Below, in pieces: positions 48,616-60,989 of a stretch of DNA of 64,000 nt. Both the position numbers and the translations under genes were made by a program. This stretch comes from Mycobacteriales bacterium (GTDB lineage Bacteria > Actinomycetota > Actinomycetes > JAFAQI01). Location: the NCBI GenBank assembly GCA_035776655.1, contig DASTWK010000085.1:1141-65140 (forward strand), written 5' to 3'. The first letter of the stretch is position 1. Every line of letters begins with the position of its first letter. The notes under the pieces were generated by a model. That model had not been told where the DNA came from, made no database searches, and worked only from the letters and a program-made list of their open reading frames with translations.

Positions 48616-49875
48616 TCACGCCTGGTCCTGGCGCGGGAACAGGACTTCCGTCAGCACGAGCTGGACGCCCGCGGCGATCGGCACGGCGATCAACGCCCCC
48701 AGCACCCCGAGCAGCGCGGCTCCGAGCAGCGCGGCCACGATCGTCACCACCGGCGCCACGTCGACGGTCCGCTTCATCACCCGCGGCTGCAGCACGTAGT
48801 TCTCGAACTGCTGGTAGGCCAGGTAGTAGATCAGCGTCGCCACGCCGACCGGCACGCCCTGGAAGAACGCGACCAGCGTCACGCCGATCGCGCCCAAGGT
48901 GGCACCGATCAGAGGGATCAGGTCGGTGATCGCGACGAACATCGCGAGCGCGACCGGGTAGGGCACGCCCCACGCCTCCAGCCAGATGAACGTGACGAGT
49001 CCGGCGACGAACGACGTCGCCAGGTTGCCCAGCACGTAGCCGCCGACGCGGTTGAGGATCTCGTCGCTGAGCAGGCCGACCCGGGCCCGCCGGGTGCGCG
49101 GCACGATGCGATACATCGTCCGTTTGATGCCGGTCAGGTTCGCGAGGAAGTAGATCGTCAGGATGATGACGGTGAACGTGGAGGCGACGAAGCCGAGGAT
49201 CGCCTTGCCGACGCCGAACAGACCGCCCAGCGCGTTGATGTTGATGCCTTGCGCTGCCCGTTTCTGGACCTTCGCCACGAAGTGGTAGCGATTGTCCAGG
49301 CTCTTGATCGTGGGGTTCTTGGTCAGCCGCTCGACGTAGTCCGGCGTGTTCTTCACCAGCTGCGTCGTCTGTTTCGCGATCGGCGGTGCGACCGCGGCGA
49401 CGAAGCCACCGAAGAAGCCGAGCGCGGCGAGCACGATGACGAGTACGGCGAGGGAACGCTTGAGCCCTCGGCGCACCAGCCACCGCACCGCGGGGTCCAG
49501 GCCCACGGCGAGGAACGCCGACACGAGGATGAGGATGAGGACCTGGCGGGCCAGGACGATGCCGTCGATGAGCAGGGCTGCGGCCGCGACGCCCCAGGCG
49601 GCGATGAAGGCGATGCGAAACGGCGACTGCCGGGAGATCGGCTTGCCGCGCCGGCCATAGGGGTTGTCCTCGTCGACGCCTGCCTCGATGCGACGGACGC
49701 CGGTGTCCAGCACCGGGTCGTGCGGCGGCGCCACCAGGTCGACGGCGTCTTCGGCCCGCTCGGCCTGACGCTGTGCGTCGTCCCGGGCGTCCTCGGCCTG
49801 CGCCGCGGCCTGCTCGGCCTCGTCGGCCGCCCGCTCTGCGTCGCGCTCCGCGTCGCGCCCGTCGTCCTCAGCCAC
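48616..49875 (-). CDS. AI-2E family transporter (PerM/UPF0118)
   Basis: About 8 hydrophobic segments and the family-typical C-terminal half (LATSFVAGLVTFIWLEAWGVPY...ITDLIPLIGATLG). GGGAGGG precedes GTG 49875. The track start is TTG 49947. An acidic coiled N-terminal tail is present. Confidence 0.8.
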   Translation of the reverse strand: MAEDDGRDAERDAERAADEAEQAAAQAEDARDDAQRQAERAEDAVDLVAPPHDPVLDTGVRRIEAGVDEDNPYGRRGKPISRQSPFRIAFIAAWGVAAAALLIDGIVLARQVLILILVSAFLAVGLDPAVRWLVRRGLKRSLAVLVIVLAALGFFGGFVAAVAPPIAKQTTQLVKNTPDYVERLTKNPTIKSLDNRYHFVAKVQKRAAQGININALGGLFGVGKAILGFVASTFTVIILTIYFLANLTGIKRTMYRIVPRTRRARVGLLSDEILNRVGGYVLGNLATSFVAGLVTFIWLEAWGVPYPVALAMFVAITDLIPLIGATLGAIGVTLVAFFQGVPVGVATLIYYLAYQQFENYVLQPRVMKRTVDVAPVVTIVAALLGAALLGVLGALIAVPIAAGVQLVLTEVLFPRQDQA

Positions 49876-49957
49876 GCCGACCCTCCCGCGCCGAGCCTCC
49901 CGCACGGTGAGCGCTGCGGCCGGATCCGACACCCCGTGGCCGCGCAACCGACGCGCA

Positions 49958-49998
49958 TCGGCTCACCGGGAAAGGCATTCGGCTCACCGGGAAAGGCA
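49958..49998. repeat. Tandem 21-bp direct repeat in the mce / AI-2E transporter intergenic region
   Basis: TCGGCTCACCGGGAAAGGCA at 49958-49977 and again at 49979-49998, separated by a single T. It lies about 85-120 nt upstream of the transporter start. Confidence 0.85.
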
Positions 49999-50080
49999 AC
50001 GGTGCCAACGGGAACGCAAATGTGACGCCGGCCATGTTGTGGGGCGTCGCCGTCGCTTCAGGGCTGAGCTCGCGTCACGA

Positions 50081-50593
50081 TTATGTTCGGAACGGGAGCC
50101 GCCCCGGCTCGTCGAACGGCGGGGACTGGACCAGCTCCGTCAGCACTCCGCCGACGCTCTTCGGGTGCAGGAACGCGATCGACGCCCCAAGGGAGCCGTG
50201 CCGGGGGCGTTCGTCGACGAGCCGGATGCCGTCGGTGCGCAGCTGCTCCAGCGCAGCCGCGACGTCGACCACTCCGTAGCCGATGTGGTGGATGCCCTCG
50301 CCCCGCGCGGCCAGGAACTTCCCGACCGGCGTCTCGGCGGACAGCGGCTCGAGCAGCTGCACGTACGACGCGCCCGCCGCCCCCTCCGTGACGAAGAGCA
50401 TCGCCTCGCGCACACCCTGGGCCTCGTTCGTCTCGCGGGCAGCCACGGTCAGACCGAAGGTCGTCTCGTAGAACTCGATGCTGTCGTCGAGGTCACGCAC
50501 GGCGATGCCGACGTGATCGATCCGGGTCAGCAGCGGTGTCGTGCTCCGCGCGCTGTCGGGTGTCGTGCTGGGTGCGCCATCGGTTTCGGTCAC
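50081..50593 (-). CDS. mce: Methylmalonyl-CoA epimerase (VOC/glyoxalase fold)
   Basis: [19 protein letters not shown]...GIHHIGYGV...[15 protein letters not shown]. Confidence 0.85.
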   Translation of the reverse strand: MTETDGAPSTTPDSARSTTPLLTRIDHVGIAVRDLDDSIEFYETTFGLTVAARETNEAQGVREAMLFVTEGAAGASYVQLLEPLSAETPVGKFLAARGEGIHHIGYGVVDVAAALEQLRTDGIRLVDERPRHGSLGASIAFLHPKSVGGVLTELVQSPPFDEPGRLPFRT

Positions 50594-50643
50594 GGCGATT
50601 ATCGTGGCAGCAGGATCATCGCCGCTCCCAGGAGGGCTTCGTC

Positions 50644-51846
<1,203 letters not shown>

Positions 51847-51911
51847 CCTGACCGGCACCGGCCGTCCGTCGTGACCATCGCTGTCCCGGACCCGGATCGG
51901 CTCGACCGCCC

Positions 51912-52862
51912 ATGAGCGTCGGCGAGCTCGTCGTCCGAGCCCGTGCCGGCGATCCCCGCGCCGTTGCCCGACTGATCTCGCTGGTGGAGAACGCCTCGCC
52001 GCTGCTGCGCGAGGTGATGGCCGCGCTGATGCCGTACGCCGGGGGCGCCCACGTCCTCGGGCTCACCGGCGCCCCCGGGGTCGGCAAGTCCACGACGACC
52101 TCGGCGCTGGTGTCGGCGTACCGGGCACGTGACCTGCGGGTCGGGGTGCTGGCGGTCGACCCGTCATCCCCGTTCTCCGGCGGGGCGCTGCTCGGCGACC
52201 GGGTGCGGATGCAGGAGCACGCCAACGATCCCGGCGTCTACATCCGGTCGATGGCGAGCCGCGGCCACCTCGGTGGCCTGTCCTGGTCGACGCCGCAGGC
52301 GGTGCGGGTGCTCGACGCGGCGGGTTGTGACGTCGTGCTCGTCGAGACGGTCGGCGTGGGGCAGGCCGAGGTCGAGGTCGCGTCACTGGCGGACTCGACA
52401 CTGGTGTTGGTCGCGCCCGGCATGGGGGACTCGATCCAAGCGGCCAAGGCCGGCATCCTCGAGATCGCGGACGTCTTCGTCGTCAACAAGGCGGACCGCG
52501 AGGGCGCGGACGCGGCCGCGCGCGACCTGCGGCGCATGCTGTCGCTGGGGGAGAAGCGGACCCCTGAGTCGTGGCAGCCGCCGGTCGTCAAGACCGTCGC
52601 GGCCAGAGGCGAGGGCATCGACGAGGTCGTCGCCGCCTTGGACGAGCATCGACAGTGGCTGACCGCCTCCGGCGCCCTCGACGCGAAACGGCGGATCCGG
52701 GCAGCGGACGAGGTCGAGGTCATCGCGGTCAGCACGTTGCGCGAGCGCATCGGTGACCTGCGGGGTGGTTCGTTGCTCGACGAGCTCGCCGGTCGGGTGG
52801 TGGCCGGTGAGCTCGATCCCTACACCGCCGCCGACCAGCTCGTCAGCGGTGTCACCCGCTGA
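51912..52862 (+). CDS. meaB: Methylmalonyl-CoA mutase-associated G3E GTPase MeaB
   Basis: Walker A GAPGVGKSTT, AVDPSSPFSGGALLGDR, VETVGVGQ, VVNKADR. Confidence 0.92.
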   Translation: MSVGELVVRARAGDPRAVARLISLVENASPLLREVMAALMPYAGGAHVLGLTGAPGVGKSTTTSALVSAYRARDLRVGVLAVDPSSPFSGGALLGDRVRMQEHANDPGVYIRSMASRGHLGGLSWSTPQAVRVLDAAGCDVVLVETVGVGQAEVEVASLADSTLVLVAPGMGDSIQAAKAGILEIADVFVVNKADREGADAAARDLRRMLSLGEKRTPESWQPPVVKTVAARGEGIDEVVAALDEHRQWLTASGALDAKRRIRAADEVEVIAVSTLRERIGDLRGGSLLDELAGRVVAGELDPYTAADQLVSGVTR

Positions 52863-52932
52863 CGCTGCGCCCTGCCGCCGGCGGCGGACTTCAGCGGCAC
52901 CGGGATGTGACGCCTGGCCGTACCATTCGCTC

Positions 52933-54639
52933 ATGGGTGACACGGGCGCGGACCGCGGCGACGCCGCCTCCCGCGGCAGGCAGCGGTGGCAGCAGCGGTA
53001 CGACGCGGCGCGGCTCCGGGATGCGGACTTCACTACGTTGTCCGGGGTCGAGGTGGATCCCGTCTATGGTCCCGCTGACGAGGCGGCCTACACCGCGTCG
53101 ACCGGCCGCGGCTTCGACGAGATCGGCTGGCCCGGCGAGTTCCCGTTCACCCGTGGCCTCTACGCGAGCGGCTATCGCGGCAAGACGTGGACGATCCGGC
53201 AGTTCGCCGGGTTCGGCAACGCGCAGCAGACCAACGAGCGATACAAGCTGATCCTCGGCGCCGGCGGCAACGGGCTGTCGGTGGCGTTCGACATGCCGAC
53301 GCTGATGGGTCGCGACTCCGACGACCCACGCTCGCTCGGTGAGGTCGGCCACTGCGGTGTCGCGATCGACTCCGCCGCCGACATGGACGTCTTGTTCGCG
53401 GACATCCCACTGCAGGACGTCACGACCTCGATGACGATCAGCGGCCCCGCCGTACCCATCTTCTGCATGTATCTCGTCGCTGCCGAGCGGCAGGGTGCGG
53501 ACATCTCCACGCTCGACGGCACGCTGCAGACGGACATCTTCAAGGAGTACATCGCGCAGAAGGAGTGGCTGTTCTCGCCCGAACCGCACCTGCGGCTGAT
53601 CGGGGACCTCATGGAGTTCTGCGACGCGCAGATCCCCCGCTACAAGCCCCTGTCGGTGTCCGGCTATCACATCCGGGAAGCCGGCTCGACCGCGGCGCAG
53701 GAGCTGGCGTTCACCCTCGCCGACGGCTTCGGCTACGTCGAGCTCGGCCTCGCCCGCGGCCTCGACGTCAACCGCTTCGCGCCCGGGCTGTCGTTCTTCT
53801 TCGACGCCCACATCGACTTCTTCGAGGAGATCGCGAAGTTCCGCGCCGCCCGGCGCATCTGGGCCCGCTGGATGCGCGACGTCTACGGAGCCACCGACGA
53901 ACGCGCCCAGTGGCTGCGCTTCCACACCCAGACCGCGGGTGTGTCGCTGACGGCGCAGCAACCCGACAACAACATCGTCCGCACCGCCGTCGAGGCGCTC
54001 GCTGCCGTGCTCGGCGGCACCAACTCGTTGCACACCAACGCCCTCGACGAGGTGCTCGCGCTCCCGTCGGAGAAGGCGGCGGAGATCGCGCTGCGCACCC
54101 AGCAGGTGCTGATGGAGGAGACCGGCGTCACCAACGTCGCCGATCCGCTGGGCGGCGCGTGGTACGTCGAGGCGCTCACCGACGAGATGGAGCGGCAGGC
54201 CGAGGCGATCTTCGCCCGGATCAAGGACATGTCCGCCGACGGCACCATGACCAGCGGCATCCTGCGCGGCATCGAGGACGGGTGGTTCATGGCCGAGATC
54301 GCCGACGCGGCCTTCGCCTACCAGCAGAAGCTCGAGAAGGGCGACAAGAAGATCGTCGGCGTCAACTGCCACACCTCCACCGTCGAGGACCCGCTCGAGA
54401 TCCTGCGGGTCTCGCACGAGGTCGAGCGGGAGCAGAAACGGGTGCTGGGCGAGCGGAAGGCGGCGCGTGACAACGCAGCCGTGCAGACCGCCCTCGCCCG
54501 GCTCGTCGAGGCCGCCCGCGGCGACGACAACCTCGTTCCACCGATGCTCGACGCGGCGCGCGCCGAGGCCACCCTCGGTGAGATCTGCGATGCGCTGCGC
54601 GGCGAGTGGGGCAGCTACCTCGAGCCGCCGCGGTTCTGA
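52933..54639 (+). CDS. Acyl-CoA mutase catalytic (large) subunit; substrate-barrel only, no B12-binding domain
   Basis: GEFPFTRGLY..WTIRQFAGFG...GLSVAFDMPTLMGRDSDD...NNIVRTAVEALAAVLGGTNSLHTNALDE. The protein ends (...TLGEICDALRGEWGSYLEPPRF) where full-length MutB continues into the linker and DxHxxG domain. ATG 52933 is chosen; the track start at 52753 is inside meaB. Confidence 0.9.
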   Translation: MGDTGADRGDAASRGRQRWQQRYDAARLRDADFTTLSGVEVDPVYGPADEAAYTASTGRGFDEIGWPGEFPFTRGLYASGYRGKTWTIRQFAGFGNAQQTNERYKLILGAGGNGLSVAFDMPTLMGRDSDDPRSLGEVGHCGVAIDSAADMDVLFADIPLQDVTTSMTISGPAVPIFCMYLVAAERQGADISTLDGTLQTDIFKEYIAQKEWLFSPEPHLRLIGDLMEFCDAQIPRYKPLSVSGYHIREAGSTAAQELAFTLADGFGYVELGLARGLDVNRFAPGLSFFFDAHIDFFEEIAKFRAARRIWARWMRDVYGATDERAQWLRFHTQTAGVSLTAQQPDNNIVRTAVEALAAVLGGTNSLHTNALDEVLALPSEKAAEIALRTQQVLMEETGVTNVADPLGGAWYVEALTDEMERQAEAIFARIKDMSADGTMTSGILRGIEDGWFMAEIADAAFAYQQKLEKGDKKIVGVNCHTSTVEDPLEILRVSHEVEREQKRVLGERKAARDNAAVQTALARLVEAARGDDNLVPPMLDAARAEATLGEICDALRGEWGSYLEPPRF

Positions 54640-54665
54640 GGCCGCTTACCCTTGCACCCGTGAGC

Positions 54666-55607
54666 ATGCGACCCACCGACATCCGCCTCCCCGGTGCCGT
54701 CGACCTGTCCGGGCTGCGATCCCGGCCGTCCGCCGCGGGACCGGCTGACGGAGGTACGGCGGGCGGGGCAGCCGGTGGCGGCGGGTTCGTCCTCGACGTC
54801 ACCGAGGAGACCTTCGAGGCGGAGGTCGTCAACCGCTCCCACCAGGTGCCGGTGCTCATCGACTTCTGGGCCACCTGGTGTGGCCCGTGCAAGCAGCTGT
54901 CACCGGTGCTGGAGCGGCTCGCCGCCGAGGCGGCCGGGTCCTGGATCCTCGCGAAGATCGACGTCGACGCCAACCAACGGCTCGCGGCCGCCTTCCAGGT
55001 GCAGAGCATCCCGACCGTCTTCGCCGTCATCGCGGGCCAGCCGGTGCCGTTGTTCCAGGGAGCGATCCCCGAGCAGCAGATCCGGCCCGTGCTCGACGAG
55101 GTGCTGCGGGTCGCCGCCGCCAATGGGGTCACCGGCACCGCCGCTGCGGCCGACCCGGGGGCGCCGGCAGCTGCGGCACCGGCCGCGCCGCCGCCCGACC
55201 CGGCGTACGACGCGGCGCAGTCCGCGCTCGAACGGGGCGACCTCGAGGCGGCTCTGGCGTCCTACCGGGAGATCCTCGACCGCGACCCCGGCGACCCCGT
55301 GGCCAAGGCGGCCACCGCGCGCTGCGAGCTGCTGCTGCGCACTCGCGGCAGCGATGAAGCGGCGGTGCGATCGGCAGCCGCGTCGGCTCCGGACGACGTC
55401 AGCGCCCAGGCGGCGCTGGCCGATCTCGACCTGGTGCTCGGCCGCGTCGAGGACGCCTTCGCCGTCCTGCTCGGCCTGATCCGCCGCTCGTCGGGGCCCG
55501 AGCGGGACGCCGCGCGCCAGCACCTGCTCGGCCTGTTCGAGGTGCTCGAGCCGGACGACCCGCGAGTGGCGAAGGCGCGCCGCGACCTTGCCAGCGCGCT
55601 CTACTGA
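54666..55607 (+). CDS. Thioredoxin-domain plus TPR protein (YbbN/CnoX-like)
   Basis: VLIDFWATWCGPCKQLSP, followed by C-terminal TPR-like helices. The start is ATG 54666 or GTG 54660. Confidence 0.85.
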   Translation: MRPTDIRLPGAVDLSGLRSRPSAAGPADGGTAGGAAGGGGFVLDVTEETFEAEVVNRSHQVPVLIDFWATWCGPCKQLSPVLERLAAEAAGSWILAKIDVDANQRLAAAFQVQSIPTVFAVIAGQPVPLFQGAIPEQQIRPVLDEVLRVAAANGVTGTAAAADPGAPAAAAPAAPPPDPAYDAAQSALERGDLEAALASYREILDRDPGDPVAKAATARCELLLRTRGSDEAAVRSAAASAPDDVSAQAALADLDLVLGRVEDAFAVLLGLIRRSSGPERDAARQHLLGLFEVLEPDDPRVAKARRDLASALY

Positions 55608-55613
55608 CGGCGG

Positions 55614-57956
55614 TCAGGTGCGGCCGGGCGCGGCCAACCACAGCGCGCCGAGCGGCGGCAGGCGCAGCGTCGCCGACGCGACCTGCCCGTGCCAGGGCTC
55701 GTCGACCGCGCAGACCGCGCCCATGTTGCCCACGCCGCTGCCGGAGTAGATCTCCGCGTCGGTGTTGACCAGCTCCCGCCACTCACCGGTGAACGGCAAG
55801 CCGAGCCGGTAGTTCTCGTGCGGAACGCCGGCGAAGTTGAGCACCACCGCGACGCAGGATCCGTCCGCGCCCCAGCGCAGGAACGACAGGACGTTGCCTT
55901 CGGCGTCGTTGGCGTCGATCCACTGGAAGCCTTGGGCCTCCACGTCCTGGGTCCACAGCGCCGGCTGGTCGCGGTAGACGGCGTTGAGGTCCCGGATCAG
56001 CTGGAAGACCCCGCGGTGGTCGGGCAGGTCGAGCAACCACCAGTCCAGCGAGCGTGCCTCGGACCACTCCGACTCCTGGCCGAACTCGCTGCCCATGAAC
56101 AGCAGCTTCTTGCCGGGATGCGCCCACATGAACGCATAGAGCGCCCGCAGGTTGGCCAGCTGCTGCCAACGGTCACCCGGCATCTTCGCCAGCAGTGAGC
56201 CCTTGCCGTGCACGACCTCGTCGTGCGACAGCGGCAGCACGAAGTTCTCGCTGAACGCGTAGACCAACGAGAACGTCATCTGGTGGTGATGCCACTGCCG
56301 ATATACCGGCGACTTGGACATGTATTCCAAGGTGTCGTGCATCCACCCCATGTTCCACTTGAAGCCGAACCCGAGGCCGCCGAGGTAGGTCGGACGGGAC
56401 ACCCCCGGCCAGGCGGTCGACTCCTCCGCGACGGTGATGACGCCCGGCACCCGCTTGTAGGCGGTGGCGTTCATCTCCTGCAGGAACGAGATGGCGTCGA
56501 GGTTCTCCCGGCCGCCGAACTCGTTGGGGATCCACTCGCCGTCCTTGCGCGAGTAGTCGAGGTAGAGCATCGAGGCCACGGCGTCGACGCGCAGCCCGTC
56601 GACGTGGAACTCCTCGAGCCAGTAGCAGGCGTTGGCGACGAGGAAGTTGCGGACCTCGCGCCGACCGAAGTTGAACACCAACGTGCCCCAGTCGGGGTGC
56701 TCCCCACGGCGTGGATCCTCGTGCTCGTAGAGCGCCGTCCCGTCGAAGCGGGCCAGCGCCCATTCGTCCTTCGGGAAGTGCGCTGGCACCCAGTCGACGA
56801 TGACACCGACGCCCGCCTGGTGCAGCCGGTCGACGAGGTAGCGGAACTCGTCGGGCGACCCGAACCGGGACGTGGGGGCGTAGTAGGACGTCACCTGGTA
56901 GCCCCACGACCCGCCGAACGGGTGCTCCATCACGGGCAGGAACTCGACGTGGGTGAAGCCGGCCTCGGTGACGTAGTCGACGAGCTGTTCGGCGAGTTCC
57001 TTGTAGGACAAGCCTTGGCGCCAGGAGCCGAGGTGGACTTCGTACGTCGTCATCGGTGCCTGCAGCGCGTTCGTGCGCGATCGGCGGGTGCACCAGTCGC
57101 CGTCGGACCATTCGTAGTCCGAGGTGTAGACCACCGACGCCGTCGCCGGCGGATGCTCAGTGTGTTGGGCCATCGGGTCGGCCTTCTGCCGCCACACACC
57201 GTCGGCACCGAGGATGTCGTACTTGTACTTCGCGCCGTTGCCGACGCCGGGAATGAACAGCTCCCAGACCCCGCTCGCGCCGAGGACGCGCATCGGGTGG
57301 GAGACGGAGCTCCAGCCGTTGAAGTCGCCGGTCACCCGCACCCCGCGTGCGGCGGGTGCCCACACGGCGAAGGCGGTGCCGGTGATCGGTCCGGAGGGCG
57401 AGTCGTAGGTACGTACGTGCGCGCCGAGCACCTTCCACAGGTCCTCGTGCCGGCCCTCGCCGATGAGGTGCAGGTCCATCTCACCGAGGGTCGGCAGGAA
57501 CCGGTAGGGATCGTCCTGGAGGTGCTCGAACCCGTCGCCGTAGTCGACGAGGAGCCGATAGTCGGGGACGGTCTCCGCCTCGATCAGCGCGACCCAGACA
57601 CCGTTGTGCTCGTGCGCCATCGGGTGCCGCGTGTCGCCGACGGCGACAGTGACCGCGCTGGCTCCCGGCCGCAGCGCGCGCAGCGTGACGCGGCCGCCGT
57701 CCGGGTGGGCGCCGAGGATCGAGTGCGGGTCATGGTGGGCTCCGCCGGCGAGACGGTCCAGCTGCTCCGGTGCGATCGGCGTCGGCTGCGGCTCGCTCCG
57801 GGCGGCGGTCCGCGCGGCGGTCTTGGCCCGCGGCTCCGCCGGAGCCGGGGACTGCGCTGCTGGTGCCTGCGCTGCTGGTGCCTGCGCTGCTGGTGCCGGC
57901 GACTGCGCGCGCGGCTGTCGCGGCTTGCGGGTCCGCGGCGGCGGCTTCTCGGTCAC
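55614..57956 (-). CDS. glgB: 1,4-alpha-glucan branching enzyme
   Basis: GH13 motifs [43 protein letters not shown] 62-aa Pro/Ala/Gln-rich N-terminal extension is present. Confidence 0.95.
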   Translation of the reverse strand: MTEKPPPRTRKPRQPRAQSPAPAAQAPAAQAPAAQSPAPAEPRAKTAARTAARSEPQPTPIAPEQLDRLAGGAHHDPHSILGAHPDGGRVTLRALRPGASAVTVAVGDTRHPMAHEHNGVWVALIEAETVPDYRLLVDYGDGFEHLQDDPYRFLPTLGEMDLHLIGEGRHEDLWKVLGAHVRTYDSPSGPITGTAFAVWAPAARGVRVTGDFNGWSSVSHPMRVLGASGVWELFIPGVGNGAKYKYDILGADGVWRQKADPMAQHTEHPPATASVVYTSDYEWSDGDWCTRRSRTNALQAPMTTYEVHLGSWRQGLSYKELAEQLVDYVTEAGFTHVEFLPVMEHPFGGSWGYQVTSYYAPTSRFGSPDEFRYLVDRLHQAGVGVIVDWVPAHFPKDEWALARFDGTALYEHEDPRRGEHPDWGTLVFNFGRREVRNFLVANACYWLEEFHVDGLRVDAVASMLYLDYSRKDGEWIPNEFGGRENLDAISFLQEMNATAYKRVPGVITVAEESTAWPGVSRPTYLGGLGFGFKWNMGWMHDTLEYMSKSPVYRQWHHHQMTFSLVYAFSENFVLPLSHDEVVHGKGSLLAKMPGDRWQQLANLRALYAFMWAHPGKKLLFMGSEFGQESEWSEARSLDWWLLDLPDHRGVFQLIRDLNAVYRDQPALWTQDVEAQGFQWIDANDAEGNVLSFLRWGADGSCVAVVLNFAGVPHENYRLGLPFTGEWRELVNTDAEIYSGSGVGNMGAVCAVDEPWHGQVASATLRLPPLGALWLAAPGRT
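57852..57896 (-). repeat. Perfect 15-bp tandem repeat x3 in the 5' end of glgB, encoding (APAAQ)3
   Basis: CTGCGCTGCTGGTGC occurs at 57852-57866, 57867-57881 and 57882-57896 without mismatch. Confidence 0.9.
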
Positions 57957-57963
57957 GCGCAGT

Positions 57964-59318
57964 TCACCTCACCAGTCGCTCGATGGAGCCCAGCGGGATC
58001 GGCAGCCAGGTCGGGCGGTGTCGCGCCTCGTAGACCACCTCGTAGACGGCCTTGTCCAGCTCGAAGGCGCGCAGCAGGACGTCGTCCTCGCGCGGGTCGC
58101 GGCCCGCGGCCCGGCCGTAGCCGGTGCAGAACGCGTCCCTGTTTCGCTCTGCCCATTCGCCCGCGCGATATTCGAGGCCGGCGGCGGCGGTGTGCTCGGC
58201 CAGCAGGTGTCGCGCGGCGTAGTCGAACGAACGCAACATGCCGGCCACGTCCCGCAGCGGGCTCGCCAGCGCGATCCGCTCGCGCAGCGGCCGGGCCGGC
58301 TCGCCCTCGAAGTCGATGAGCACCCAGCCGGCATCGGTGCGCAGCACTTGCCCCAGGTGGAAGTCGCCGTGGATCCGTTGCACCGGTACGCCGCGGTCGA
58401 CGGCCCCGAGAGCGTCGTACGCCGTGCGCAGGTCGTCGCTGTACGTGGCCAGCTCCGGCACCACTTCCAGCGCCGCGTCGAGCCGCCCGTGCAACGTCTT
58501 GGCCGTCTCCTGGCTCTCGGCCTGGTCGGCGATGCGCGACGGCAGCACCTGGCGCATCAGCTCGTGCACCTCGGCGGTGGCGGTGCCGAGCCGCTCGGCT
58601 TCACCGGCGAAGTCGCCGCCGACCTCGTCCGCGTGCAGGTCACCTTCGGCATAGAGGTCGCGGACGCTCGTTACGGCGAGCTGCCACCCTTCGCTCGCCG
58701 AGCGCAGGAACGGCTGCAGCAGGCCCAGCGTGGTCGCCGATGTCTCGTCCGTGGCCGTTCCGTCGGCGCCCGTGTCCTCGACCCACGCCAACGGTGGCAC
58801 GATCGCGGCGCAACCCGCCTCGGCCAGCGCCCGGGTGACCTCGAGATCCGGGTTGACGCCAGGTGCCACCTTGCGGAACAGCTTGAGGATGTAGTCCTCG
58901 CCGAACACGATCGAGGTGTTGGACTGCTCCGCGCTCATGACGATGCTGGTCAAGTCGGTGTTGACGTCGGCCCCGGGCAGCCGGCGGAAGCGCAGCCCGG
59001 CTTCGTCTGCACCGGAGGCCAACAGCTGCAGCAGCACGTGGGTCAGCTCGCTGTCGTGGGCGGCGTCGTACAGGACGCAGTCATCGACCCGTCCGATCAC
59101 TGCGTGCTCGAGCCGGGCTGGCACCTCGTCGCTCTCGCCCACGAGGAGCTGGTAGGTCTCCACGTCCTCACCGAGGTCGACACCGACGAGCAGGTGCCGC
59201 AGGGTGGAGGCTCCCTCGACCAGCGTGCGGTCGGCCACGATCTGGACCGCGCCGATCTCGCGACCCTTGGCCCCGAACCACCTCTGCTGCGGCAGCCACT
59301 CGGTCAGCAGGTCGGCAA

Positions 59319-59322
<4 letters not shown>
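57964..59322 (-). CDS. pep2: Maltokinase (maltose 1-phosphate forming)
   Basis: [24 protein letters not shown]-terminus and a kinase-like core ([12 protein letters not shown]...LIDFEGEP). ATGA overlap with treS. The track start at 59502 is inside treS. Confidence 0.88.

Positions 59323-60985
<1,663 letters not shown>

Positions 60986-60989
<4 letters not shown>

Noticed and set aside
51847-52932. Looked for a cobalamin riboswitch upstream of meaB or the mutase gene.
   Set aside because: The intergenic gaps are only about 65 and 70 nt, too short for a B12 riboswitch of roughly 200 nt. No B12-box-like sequence was noticed.
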